A stretch of 64,000 nucleotides of DNA from Cenococcum geophilum (lineage: Eukaryota). Shown here one piece after another: positions 1-13,059 of this stretch (the first letter of the stretch is position 1; each line of letters opens with the position of its first letter). The stretch spans positions 3,038,001-3,102,000 of the forward strand of contig CP158636.1 of the NCBI GenBank assembly GCA_050273025.1, in the 5' to 3' direction. A program made the position numbers and the translations under genes. The notes beneath the pieces were generated by a model. That model was not told where the DNA came from. It worked only from the letters and a program-made list of their open reading frames with translations, and did no database searches.

Positions 1-2782
1 GAGCTTTAGTAGAGCTCTATATAGAGCTTCGGTAGAGCTCTATGCAGAGCTTTAGTAGAGCTCTGTATGGAGTCTTGGTAGAGCTTCGTGCCGAGCTTCT
101 AGTAGAGCCTTTGGTAGAGCTCCGTGCAGAGCTTCGTGTAGAGCTTTAAGGGAGCTTCGTACAGAGCTTCTGGTAGAGCCTTTGGTAGAGCTCCGTGCAG
201 AGCTTCGGTAGAGCTCCGTGCAGAGCTTCGGTAGAGCTCCGTGTAGAGCTTTGGTAGAGCTCCGTATAGAGCTTCGGTAGAGCTCCGTGCAGAGCTTCGG
301 TAGAGCTCTATGCAGAGCTTCGGTAGAGCTCTGTACGGAGTCTTGGTAGAGCTTCGTGCCGAGCTTCTGGCAGAGCCTTTGGTAGAGCTCCGTGCAGAGC
401 TTCGTGCAGAGCTTTAAGGGAGCTTTGTAGAGAGCATCTGGCAGAGCTTTGTACAGAGCTTCTGGTAGAGCCTTTGGTAGAGCTCCGTGCAGAGCTTCGG
501 TAGAGCTCCGTGTAGAGCTTTGGTAGAGCTCCGTATAGAGCTTCGGTAGAGCTCCGTGCAGAGCTTCGGTAGAGCTCCGTGTAGAGCTTCGGTAGAGCTC
601 CGTACAGAGCTTCGGTAGAGCTCCGTGTAGAGCTTCGGTAGAGCTCTATGCAGAGCTTCGGTAGAGCTCTGTACGGAGTCTTGGTAGAGCTTCGTACCGA
701 GCTTCTAGTAGAGCCTTTGGTAGAGCTCCGTACAGAGCTTCGTGCAGAGCTTTGAGGGAGCTTCGTAGAGAGCATCTGGCAGAGTTTCGTACAGAGCCTC
801 TAGTAGAGCCTTTGGTAGAGCTCCGTGCAGAGCTTTGGTAGAGCTCTATGCGGAGCTTCGGTAGAGCTCTATGCGGAGTCTTGGCAGAGCTCCGTGCAGA
901 GCTTTGAGGGAGCTTCGTAGGGAGCCTCTGGGAGCTTCGTGCAGAGCTTTCTGGCAAAGCTTTCTGGCAGAGCCTTTGGTAGAGCCTCTGACTCAGTTTT
1001 AGCCCGTGCCGTATTTAACTAAGAGTCTACTAATCTATAATAATTCTAGCTTAAAGCTAGGCTCCATAATTAATTTCCCTAGCTACCAAAGCTTTACTAG
1101 AGCTCTGCACGGGGCTTTGCACGGAGCTCCACATAGGCTCTGCACGGAGCTCTATATGGGCTCTACACGGAGCTCTACCAAAGGCTCTGCCAGAAAGCTC
1201 TGCCAGAAAGCTCTGCTAGAAAGCTCTGCACGAAGCTGCCAGAGGCTCCCTACGAAGCTCCCTCAAAGCTCTGCACGGAGCTCTGCCAAGACTCCGCATA
1301 GAGCTCTACCGAAGCTCTGCACGGAGCTCTACCAAAGGCTCTACCAGAAGCTCTGTACGAAGCTCTGCTAGATGCTCTCTACAAAGCTCCCTCAAAGCTC
1401 TGCACGAAGCTCTGCACGGAGCTCTACCAAAGGCTCTGCCAGAAGCTCGGCACGAAGCTCTACTAAGACTCCGTATAGAGCTCTACCGAAGCTCTGCATA
1501 GAGCTCTACCGAAGCTCTACACGGAGCTCTACCGAAGCTCTGCACGGAGCTCTACTAAAGGCTCTACTAGAAGCTCTGTACGAAGCTCTGCCAGATGCTC
1601 TCTACAAAGCTCCCTTAAAGCTCTGCACGAAGCTCTGCACGGAGCTCTACTAAAGGCTCTGCCAGAAGCTCGGCACGAAGCTCTACCAAGACTCCGTACA
1701 GAGCTCTACCGAAGCTCTGCATAGAGCTCTACCGAAGCTCTACACGGAGCTCTACCGAAGCTCTATACGGAGCTCTACTAAAGCTTTGTACGGAGCTCTA
1801 CCGAAGCTCTACACGGAGCTCTACCGAAGCTCTGTACGGAGCTCTACCGAAGCTCTGTACGGAGCTCTACCGAAGCTCTGTACGGAGCTCTACCGAAGCT
1901 CTGTACGGAGCTCTACCGAAGCTCTGTACGGAGCTCTACCGAAGCTCTACACGGAGCTCTACTAAAGCTCTGCACGGAGCTCTGCTAAAGGCTCTACCAG
2001 AAGCTCTACCAGAGGCTCTCTACAAAGCTCCCTTAAAGTTCTGCACGAAGCTCTGCACGGAGCTCTACTAAAGGCTCTGCTAGAAGCTCGGCACGAAGCT
2101 CTACCAAGACTCCATATAGAGCTCTACTAAAGTTCTGCATAGAGCTCTATCAAAGCTCTACACGGAGCTCTGCTAAAGGTTCTACTAAAAGCTCTGCTAG
2201 AGGCTCTCTATAAAGCTCCCTTAAAGCTCTACACGGAGCTCTACTAAGACTCCGCATAGAGCTTTACTAAAGGCTCTATATAAAGCTCTACTAAAGCTCT
2301 ATATAGAGCTCTACTAAAGGCTTTACTAGAAGCTCTATATAAAGCTCTACTAGATACTCTCTATAAAGCTTCCTTAAGGCTCTATATAAAGCTCTACACG
2401 GAGCTCTACTAAAGGCTCTACTAGAAGCTCAGTATAAAGCTTTATTAAAACTCCGTATAGAGCTCTACCGAAGCTCTATATAGAGCTCTACTAAAGGCTT
2501 TACTAGAGGCTCTCTATAAAGCTCCCTTAAAGCTCTGTATAAAGCTCTATATAAAGCTCTACTAAAGGCTCTACTAGAAGCTTAGCACGAAGCTCTATAT
2601 AGAGCTCTACTGAAGCTCCGTATAGAGCTCTACTAAAGCTCTATATAGGGCTCTTTAACTACTATAAAGTCTACTATAAAGCTCTACGCGAAGCTCTATT
2701 AAAGCTCTATTAAAGCCTTACGCGGAGCTATATTAAAGCCCTTATATTAAGCCTTATATAGAGCTATATATAGAGCTCTACG
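1..2782. repeat. 23-bp (11+12) AGCT-rich satellite arranged as a large inverted repeat (left arm 1-984, running off the window; spacer ~985-1171; right arm to ~2782)
   Basis: Unit GAGCTCTACCGAAGCTCTG(C/T)ACG on the right arm and its reverse complement on the left. The order of variant units read leftward from 984 matches the order read rightward from 1172. Confidence 0.95.
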
Positions 2783-2864
2783 TCTATTATAATATTTATC
2801 TCTATATAACTTCTATAACTATATTAACCCCTAAGACCTAACTTAACCTAACTTATTATATAGT

Positions 2865-5215
2865 TTAGTACCCTAGCTACTATATTATTACTTACGTTAG
2901 TCTTTATATAGATATCTTAAAATAGTAAATAGTATAAGGGTTTTAACTTACTTAAAGGCTTTAAGTTCTTCCCCCCCCCTAGTAGGTACTATACTTCCTT
3001 CTATATAAGCTTACTAAGCGGCTATATAACTTACTTATAGTCTTTTAAGAAAGCCTAATAGAAGTTATAGAATCCTAAAAAAGATTATACTCTATTTATA
3101 GAGGTAGAAGGTTCCTAATATAGCTACCTTATTAAAGTCTATAGCGATTTTATTAGTTTTAATAATAAAGCCTAGAAACTTTATCTTAATAACGCTAAAC
3201 TTATTTTTTTAATATCTACCTAAAGGCCTACCTCCTAAAGCCTTTATAAGACCTTCTTAATATAGATATTATACTATAGCGGGCTATCTAAGTATATTAG
3301 TATATTATCTATAGAGGCTATATAAAAGTTATCTAAGTAGTTAAAAATAATACTATTAATAAATATCTAAAAGGATATAGGCCCGTTATATAGTCTAAAG
3401 GGTAATATATAGTACTTATATAATCCATATCTTATATAAAAGGTAGTTAAATCCTCTACCTTTTCCTTTATCTATATAGTAGAAAGTCTATTAAATATCT
3501 AGCTTAGTAAAGATTTTAGCTCTTAATAACCTGGTTAACGTCTCCCTAATTAATAGTGTCTGTATAAGTAGAGGTTGTAAATAACGTTATACGCAGAGCG
3601 TATGCGGCAGGGGCCGCATAGCGTAGCGTACGTCACCTAACCACCTACGGCCCGATAGATAGCCCGACCTTTACTACCCCTTTCTTTCTCTTTTAGTAGA
3701 CGAGGATAGAGACGAATAAACTAAGAACTAGTTACCTTATATTACAATTGCAGTACCCCCCTAGGTAATACCAACAAATAGTAATAGGTAGCAGTTCTTT
3801 TTAGTAATCTTATTAAACTTTTAAAAGTTAATATAGAATTACTACCCCCTTTAAACTTCTTAGTAATAGAACTAGAGTAGTAAAGGGTATATTACTTAGT
3901 ATTATAAACCCCTTCTATAGGTCCTCCTATAAGTACGCCTTAACTAGCTTTGGCTATTTTAGTAATATAATATATATTAGACTAAGGGCTAAATTATAAC
4001 TACTACCTTTAAGAATAATATTATAGTCTACTCCCTTATAATATAGTAGTAGCGAATTAGATATAGATCTTAAGAAGTAGTTAGTATACTCTTAGTAAGA
4101 CTATAGTAGCTTTTTATAAATAAGTTAGTAAAGCTCTTTCTTATTATTAAATAGGGCATCTTATTTCTTTTTATTCTTTATTAGTTAGTCTAACTTATAG
4201 AAGCTAGTAGATCTAATTATAATACCTTCTTGCTTTACGCCTTATAAGTTCTTTACTTTAAGTAGTATAATATCTACTACCCTAGCTTCCTTAGTAGATA
4301 AAGTCTTCTTAACTCTTAAATTTAAGGTTAGTATTAGCTTAGGGTAAAGTTAGTCCTCTATCTTCCTAATTATATTTTAGGCGTTAATTCTCTAAGTATA
4401 TTTATAGTTATATAAGGCCTATATACGCAAGGTAGATTGCTTTAAATTAACTTTAATAGGGGACTTCTTATCTTAAAGCTCTATAGTTATAGTAGTATAT
4501 TTCTTTAATCTATATCCTTTTAGTAACCGTTAATAATTAGTATAGGTAAGAGTTCCTTTCTTAATATAATTATATTACTCTACTAGTTATTATACCTAGA
4601 TATAATAACCCCCTATCCTTTAATTTTATAGAACTTTAGTTATATTTATTACTTAATAATTAGCTACAGCTTATAGTATATAAAGGCCTCTTTACCTATA
4701 CTAGAGTTAAGTAAGCTTATTATATTAAGATCTACGCCGCTTAATATAACTATATATAGTACTATAAAGGCTATGCCTCTTAAGATCTCTCCTAGCTATA
4801 TAGGCGCTATATAGATTACTTTAATCTATTCTAAGTATAGACTTTTTTAAAGCTACCTATTTTCTAACTTTTCTAAGTTAGTAACTATCTTATACTCCTT
4901 ACTTTAGTATAAAGTATTTATTAGAATAGTATCCTTACTTATTATAGTTATAGTAGATAACTATTACCTTTATAGTTAGTACTTAAGTTAAAGACTACTT
5001 AGATAGGAGACTATTAGTATTATTAGCGCCTTTACTTAAAACTCTTTAAACCTAGGCTAATTAGTAGTTACTTTACTTCTTACCTATCTACCTTAGCCCT
5101 TAGGCGTACTATAAGTGGTCTTATAATAGATATAAAACCTATATTCTTTATCTCCTACCTTAACTTCTATTAAGATGCGTAGGTTATTATAAAGGTTATT
5201 ATAAAGCTTCTCCTT
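2865..5215 (-). mobile_element. RIP-degenerate Ty3/Gypsy gag-pol remnant (protease, RT, start of RNase H)
   Basis: Minus-strand translation gives RIP-mutated motifs: LLNSS (LLDSG protease, ~4705), FYINF*KFNKITKKNCYLLLLIRETL (FCVDFRKLN..YPLPLI), an EDLTTF..RYGLY segment, and KTNVSNNIVARVL (ETDASD..AGVL, ~2890). Ends approximate. Confidence 0.85.
3557..3776. mobile_element. Solo LTR (220 bp) inserted in the Gypsy RT
   Basis: TGTC...AACA ends; 5-bp TSD AATAG at 3552-3556 and 3777-3781; removing it restores the RT YPLPLI-like motif. Confidence 0.9.
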
Positions 5216-5219
5216 CCAA

Positions 5220-8200
5220 TCTAGCGCCTAGGTATACTAGTAAGTAAAGGGCTATTTAGTATATTAACCGCGTTATTTTTAGGCGTAAGAATAGTAGAAT
5301 TGTATAAAAGCTCTAGGGTAAAAAGCTAGCGCCTTATATTTAGAAATACCTTAGTTATAAGAGCCTCCTAGCTATTACTAATAGCCTAGTTACGCTTATC
5401 CTATTATACTATTTAAATTAATATACTTATTAATATAGAGTAACCGCCCTATAAATATAGCAATCTTCTAGCGCTTAGGAGTAGTAAGACTAGGGCGTTA
5501 TAAACGTATATTCTATATAAGGTAGAAGACATATATATAGCGCTATAGAAAGGAGCGCTTTAAAGACGCGCTTATAATCTACCTATAAGTACTATTTTTT
5601 ATAATAGGTAGGGTCTAGTAGAAGTTACTATAGAAGTATACTATAATTCCTCCAAAGGGGAGCTGGCGCCTAGGTTTGTTAATACTATAGAGGTCCTATA
5701 AAGTACGTAATACAGCCTTAATAGCGTAGCGGTAGTATATAACTAACTTATTCTAAAAGATAAGGCGGGTCTACTATAGAAGCTCTATAAGTAGGACTAC
5801 TTCTAAATACTATATGTGTTATTTTTATTTACATTAATTAGGATCTTAAAGTATAAGTAGGTAGTAGTTCTACTAGAGAGTAGCGTTATTATAATACCTA
5901 GGGTAGTAACTGCTAGCGCTATATAGTTCTATAACGTTTACTAGATAAGTACGGTATTATATAAAAATATCTTTTTAATACTACTAGGGCTATTAATAAA
6001 GAAGAGACCGCCCTTATTAGTATCTACTATATAGTTAAGCGTGCTAAAAATTAAGCGCTACCCTATATTAAGTAAAGGAACGCCTTCTATAACCTCCGCC
6101 TATAAATCCTTTATAGAAAATCTAAGTTATTTATATAGAAGCTAATTCTAAAGTAAAGTATACTCCTTAATATATTTATATTAGGGCTTAATAAGGTAAT
6201 AGTATTCTAGATTAAGGTTATAACTAATAAGTAGAGCGCGTAGATAGTAGTACGTAAGGTCTTTAGCCTACTTCTAGGTTGGGTTAAGAACCGTATAAAT
6301 TATATATAGTTAGTAAAAGTAGTTATCTGCTAGCTCCCTTTAGAATAGATTCTATAGGGCGCGCGGATCTATAGACCTATAGCTAGCTAGCTAGCTAGCT
6401 AGTATAATAATAAATAGCTCGCGGAACTACCTTTTAAGCTAAAAGTACGCGGCCTTACGTAGTGCTTATATATACTCTATTTATCCTAAAGTAAGCTATA
6501 TATAAAGTATACTACTTAAAAGGTAGGGTATCCTTATATCTTTAAAAAAAGTACTAGCTAGTAATATTAACTAGAAGAAGCTATAAGTAGTATACCTCCC
6601 CCGCGCTAATTAGAATCTAAATAATAAAGCTAATAAAGAACTCCTTATAGTAAGGGAGCTACTACTTACGCTTATTCTACGTATAGTAAGTAGGAAAGTT
6701 ATAATAGAATATTTCTATACGCTATCTTATATTCTCTATAAAGAACTATATAAGTATAGTTCTATATATAGTATCCTAGGTAAGACGCTTCTCTAAAGCC
6801 TAATTAGGCTAGATTATAATAAACTACTAGCCTTCTATATAGATTATAAGCTGCTATATAGAAATGGAGCAGCTATATATACAGCACTTATAAATTCTCT
6901 CTAGAGCTTTATACGCGGTAATATATAGGGCGTGTATATACTCCTTAATTTTATCTATAAGGTACTATAGCCTGGCCCAGCTATCTAGGCTTCTAGGGTT
7001 ATAATAGCGTAATTAGGGCCTTTATATATATACTTAAACGCGTACTTTATAGCGTAGTACCCTATATAGGGCTCTACGTTAATATACGTATTAGGGCGCT
7101 ATATCTCTACTACTCTATATATAGCTCTAGCTAGACTTTATAAAAATAGGGCTATTCTATAGGCGCTTATATAGCGGCTTATTATTATTTCTAACTATAG
7201 TTTCCTCTTAAAAGGTATAAGGGATCTAGAATCTATATATAGGGCGCGGAGGTACTATAGATAACAACGTTATATAGGAGCGGCTCGGCTATTAAGTCTA
7301 GAATATCCGTCTAAATAACTAGATTAATATCTTTTATAGTTACTAACTATAAGCTAGGCTTTATAATTACTAGTATATATATATAAGAGAGCCTACGCTT
7401 CTAAAACTTAATAGTTTAATTAATTATAGTAGTATTACCTAGAACGCGGGACTTTAAAATCTTATACTATAGCTACTTTAGCTTAATCTAGAAGACATAA
7501 TCTACTAAATCTAGGTAATTTCTTATACTCTAGCCTACTTTTAGCTCCGCCTAGATTTCTTACTAGTATAGGTTATACGTAAAGGTAATAAAATCGGTAG
7601 GGGAGCTATAATACTAAGTAAGTACTATAGCGTTAAAATAGGTGTTATATATCTAGTGTGGAAAGCTTATATAAGATATAGGAAGGATAATATTCTAACT
7701 AATATTACGTCCTATAGCCTAATTATTAAGGTAGAGCTAATTAAGTATACTTGTATACTATATAATCTATAGGTTCTTCTAGTTATAGCGTAGCTACTAG
7801 AGGCGGACGTTAGTGATTAAGGTATATATCTACTATAATCTTATAAAGTAGCCTTTTAGTAAAAAGCTAGGAGGAAATAGGACGTTAGAACTATAGGTAA
7901 TATTTCTACTACTACTACTATAAGATGTATTTATATCTATTATAGCCTTAGCGTATAGCATTAGCCTTATTAACCTTATTATTACTAGCTATAAAGTCCT
8001 CTCCTATCCCTTATAATGTTAAAATAGGTTATTAGGTTATTAATAAGAACTAGCTAATTAAATTAGCTAAATTTAGTACCCGTACTTAGAAATATAGTAT
8101 TATTCCTATATAGACTACTTATTTTAAAGACCTTAATATTATAAGGGATAGTATTATTAATATTTATTATATAATCCTATAGTACCTATACCCTATTTAT

Positions 8201-9200
8201 AAGGGGGTAGTTAATCTACTAGCTAAGCTTACTACGTAGGTAGAGTAAAGAGTAGTAAAGGGGGAGGTAAATAGGTAGCTACTTATTAATAAACTCTAAG
8301 CCTCCCTCCTTATTCTATAGTATAATCTAATAAATACCTTATATAGCTTATATAGAGGTAGGAATAAAAGTAGTAACCTTACTTATAGTAGGATAATTAT
8401 ATATATATATGGGTTAGTACTTATAGTTTCTATTATTCTAAATACGCTATATATTTATCTATAAATACTATATAAAAGGATTACTATTATATAGAACCTC
8501 CTAAATCGTCCTAAGAGTTGCTATATTTAGATTTTTAAATACTTAGCTATAGCGCTCAAGTTACTTATCCTCTCTATTAAATATATATAGTTATACGAAT
8601 AAGGCATTACGGCTAGTATAAAGATATAAGGATCTAATCTAGTAGTATAGCTACCTATAGGCTTAAAAGGTATAAATACTTTAAAGCTACTATATAAGCC
8701 GCTTATTAATTATAGTGCTAAGGGATTAGAATATAAAGGAATTATTATAGTAGTAGATAGATTTATAGAATTCTTTTAATCTAGGCGTCCGCTATATATA
8801 TATATATATTTACGCCTTTTAATTCCGCTAGTAGCCGATAGAGATTATATAAGTAGTTTACCTACACGGGAACGTATATAGTACTATTAATATAGTAAGA
8901 GAAGCAGTAATTCTTTTTATAGATTTAATTTTTCTCTCCTCTAGCTGCTATAGGGCCTTATAGGGCCTTATACTTATATATAGCCCGCTCTATAATAAAC
9001 TAATAATTAATACCCTATAATAGAGGATCCTTTATAATATTTAGGCCTAGCTTATATATCTAACTTATATAAAATAGGGTGTAATAAAAGCTTGTATCTA
9101 GTATAGAATATAAACTAGGGTAGGTATTAGCAGTATTTAGGAATAGTAGCTATCTTTATATAGGAGAAAATTCTTCTTACTCTATCTATAGCCTACTAGT
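5220..9200 (-). mobile_element. RIP-degenerate Helitron Rep/Pif1-helicase gene, truncated in the helicase C-terminal part
   Basis: Minus strand, in order: Cys-rich N-terminal segment (~8900); FITFTYNL (FITFTCNP); IKF*KRRLSYIY (IEFQKRGLPHAH, HUH Rep, ~7400); GGLFFINSPSSIKK (FIDGPGGTGKT Walker A, ~6000); LPFGGI..F.SNFY*TLPII (PFGG..GDFRQ.LP, ~5640); ILTPKN (~5285). Ends approximate. Confidence 0.88.
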
Positions 9201-10086
9201 ACATCTTTACTAGGAGTAGGGCGTAGCTAAAATCTACTAGGGTAGAGGAGGAGTAGGAGTAAAAGAAGGAAAAGAAGAAGAAGAAGAAATAAAAGGATTA
9301 TAAGAACTAGTATAAATAGGGCGTAGCTCTATTTATTAACCGGTATACGCCTATATCCACTATAAGTTAGTATATATATATTAAAAGAATAAAGGAGAGT
9401 AAGAGACTTCTACTAAGCGGTAAAGTAGAAAGACCTAGTTATAAATATATCTTCCTCCTACTAGGGTTAATCTATTAGCTATTATATAGGCTATTATAGA
9501 GGCTATAGCTACCTTTAAACGCGTACGTTTAGCTACTATAAATATCTTTATCTTTTTAAATTATAAGGTATACTTATAATAGAATTTGTATAAAGATTTT
9601 ATAGGGCTTTATACTTTATATAGAGCTCTATATATAAACTTTCTTAACCCCTAAACTTTATACTACTCCTTTATAAAACTTAATAGCTCTATATAGCTAT
9701 AGAGTATATAATTACTACTCCTCTACAATAATGCGTTGCTTAAGGCTATAAAGTAGATATATAGTAGGTAGGGAGAGTCTTCTATAATTCTATAAAGCGA
9801 TTTTTATAATATTAATAAGGGTAAAAATATTACTATATAAATAGTGCGTAAAATATTAGAGTTAGTAGTTATTAGTTAAAGTTTTAGTTTAACTTATATT
9901 ATAAAAAAAAAGATAAAGAATATTAAAATATACTTAGGTAAACTATATAAGGACTTTAGTACTATTTAAGAAAGTACTCTCTAAGAGCTTTATAGTAGGA
10001 AGGATATATTAGTAAAGAATATAGAAAAAGTAGAAGAAAATAGCGCTATATTAAGGCCTAGGCTAGTATATAAAAGGTAAAGAATA

Positions 10087-12821
10087 TATTAGTAGGGGGG
10101 GGGTACTTGGGCAGTCTCTTTAAGCTCAGCGACGTGTCACGTAACAGCGCGCGGGCTATCGTATAGATATCCTCTTGGGGTCTTCAAGCCCCTAAGATCC
10201 TTCCTCATAGAGCATCATATGTATCATTCCATCAGCCTACTCAGTGCCCTAACAGGTTATAAGCCCTCTTACAGCTTCCATCAAAGCTCTATCAGCTGCT
10301 ATTTTATTTAATTAATTGGTCAACACGAAGCCATATACCCTTGAATTTAGAGCTAGGCATAGTGCGATAGAATTCACAACAAACCAATATAAATACACGC
10401 CACGCACGATACGGTTAAACCGGTTAATTGCATATCATGGCGGACACAGTATAGAAAAATAAATACCACAGCTCTCTTAGGGCTGTTCCTCTATTAAAAG
10501 GGGAGAGTAATTACAAAGAATGGTATCGTCGAATCGTACGACGACTTGAGCTTTAAGACCTCCTACCACTAATACAAGGTACGGCTGTAGAGCCGCCAAC
10601 GAATACGAACGAACGCCGAGAATGGCGACATAAACAGATAATGGGACTTGAGATAATTAAGGGCGCAGTGTCGGAATTAATTCGCAATTAACTTGCTATA
10701 TTAGGCAAGCCGCGCAACTCCATTAAGGATTTGCTTAATTCGATTTGATCACTATACACCGCGCAAGGTCTCGTTTATGACTACCAGATATAGAATTAAT
10801 GGCTCAATTTTAGTTGTAAAGACTATACCTCGCTTAAAGCCTACATGAAAGCTTTTATCTCGGGTATAAGAAAATCGATTATAGCGTTAATGCCGATATT
10901 AAGGAAGCAGGCGCACGCCCGATTGCTTCACGCGGTGGAGGAGGAGTTTCCTATTTAGACAGCCAATCGTTAAGAAGCAGCTAGGAGAGTTATAAGGGAG
11001 GAAGACCTTATTACAATAGAGGAGCTAGTGAGCGACCTTATGGACGAGAGTCGTACTCGACCAGCTACCTCCACCCTCGCGATGTCCTTAGTTAGCAAGA
11101 ACCTAGCCAAAGACGATTAACCAAAATCTAGTACAGAAGAATCAACGTTAAAGGAGTTCGAGCGCTGCTTATATTGTAATGGCAAGCACCCTAGCGATAA
11201 AGAGAGGTGTTTCTACCTTTACCCGGAGCTTTAATATCCGGCGTAAAGGCCTTACAAAAAGCATATATTATGCATAGATCTACCCCAGGAAGGGGTAGAG
11301 ACTATATCGAATTCGAATTATTAAGTTGGAATAACAGGTAGAGGCTTAGCAGAAGGCCTATTCATCAGTAGTATAGCCATAGTTAATGGCTTAGGCGATA
11401 GTAATTAGGACAACTAGTTCCTTAATTCCTGTTCCAATATTATAATAAGCAATAATTAAAGCGAGTTTATTAACTATAAGACTCTATCAATACCTACCGC
11501 AATAGGAACGTCAGGAGGGACCATCCATTATACAACCGGCAAAGGAACGGTATATATACTTATACTAACGGACGACAGCAACACCTGCACGGTGGCCACT
11601 AAGGCCTACTATGCACCCAAATTACCTTATAAGCTCCTATCAGAGTCGGCTCTTAAGAAGCGCAAGAAGCTCTATATTGGGCCTAACAAGAAAACAGGTG
11701 GCCGTACGATTTAACGGTACTCTGACGATTTGGTGGTGGGCAGAGTAACTTATAAGAACGGCTTATATGTCGTTCAATGGGCTTTAAAGCCTTAATATAT
11801 TGCGCACGCCTCGACAACGGCAAAGCGCCAGATCTCTTAAAGCAGGGAGAGTATGATACCGACGATCGCCAAGGGCGACGAAGGTTATAACGATCAAGAC
11901 GACGTCGATTCTGATAACAGTGGCGTCTATCGAATTGACTAACAGCTTGAGAGGGGTGTGGAGACAGAGGCTGCCTAATTAAAGAAGGTCTCTTATACGG
12001 CAGTCGCATGCTCGTCTTACGCATATATACAGCCGACCCCTCTAGAGCCTTATCTAAGAGCTTCGTATAAGATTAAGATACCGCGAATATCAAAGGAAGC
12101 CCTGCAGTCACCAGAGGCTCCTCGCTGGCGGCAGACACTAACTGTTAAGACGACTCAACATAAGAAGGTTAAGATGTATCGATTCGTTAAAAGACTAAAG
12201 GACTACTATGCGGATATTAAGCTCCGCAAGGATATTGAACGGGGTAGGATTAAACTACACTATATACCGAGTATGGATCAACCAGTAGACGGCTTAACGA
12301 AAGCTCACTAAAGGACGTCTATAAGGCGATTAAAGAAGGTGCTACTAAAGTTACCTAGGCCATCTAGGCTACCTAGGCCACCTAGGCCTGATTAGGAAAT
12401 CATACTACGACTGGCGGAACCTCGGAATTAACGTTAATTGACTCAGTTCCAAATTTCAAAAGCTTACTAATACTACTTTTTAGCATGGGAGACGGGCGAT
12501 CGAGCGTCGTCGATATTCGAAATTTCCATTTTCCCAATTTTATTTCTTACTACTTGTACTACCCCTACCTATTAACTACAACCTTATGGAGTATGGTATA
12601 GCCATCCCGGAGGAGTTTCCTATTCGCTAGAGCTTATAGAGCCTGGGGGGGTGTGTTGGTAGGGGGGGGGTACTTAGGCAGTCTCTTTAAGCTCAGCAAC
12701 GTATTACATAATAGCGCGCGGGCCATCGTGTAGATATCCTCTTGGGGTCTTCGAGCCCCTAAGATCCTTCCTTATAGAGTATTATATATATCATTCTATC
12801 AGCCTACTTAGTGCCCTGACA
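10087..12821 (+). mobile_element. Internally deleted (non-autonomous) Ty1/Copia element, 2735 bp, with 168-bp LTRs
   Basis: LTRs 10087-10254 and 12654-12821; TSD GAATA on both sides; PBS-like GGTTATAAGCCC after the 5' LTR; G-rich PPT before the 3' LTR. Encodes gag (PLLKGESNYKEW), protease (*FLNSCSN), an integrase scrap (RLDNGK) and the RNase H tail (YIPSMDQPVDGLTK); no RT core. Confidence 0.92.
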
Positions 12822-13059
12822 GAATATATATAAGAGGTTAATAAGGATAAGAATAAGAAAGAGAAAGAAAGTAAAGTATAAAAGAATACTAGAAAACTAA
12901 CTACTATAATATAGTAATAGATAGACTAATACTAAAGAAATATATATAAAGTATAGGTAAAAAGAAAGTAAGTTATAGAATAGTAATACTATAGAGTAAA
13001 ATTACTTATTATTATTATAATAAGATATTTAGTTACGCTATTATAGCTTTTATTAAGGT

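Noticed and set aside
308..1653. Four tracked ORFs (SSARSS/ELY-repeat peptides) in the satellite
   Set aside because: Products of a 23-bp repeat cycling through frames; non-ATG or arbitrary starts; mirrored on both strands.
1..2782. CRISPR array or telomeric repeat
   Set aside because: No unique spacers, eukaryotic context, and no TTAGGG-type unit.
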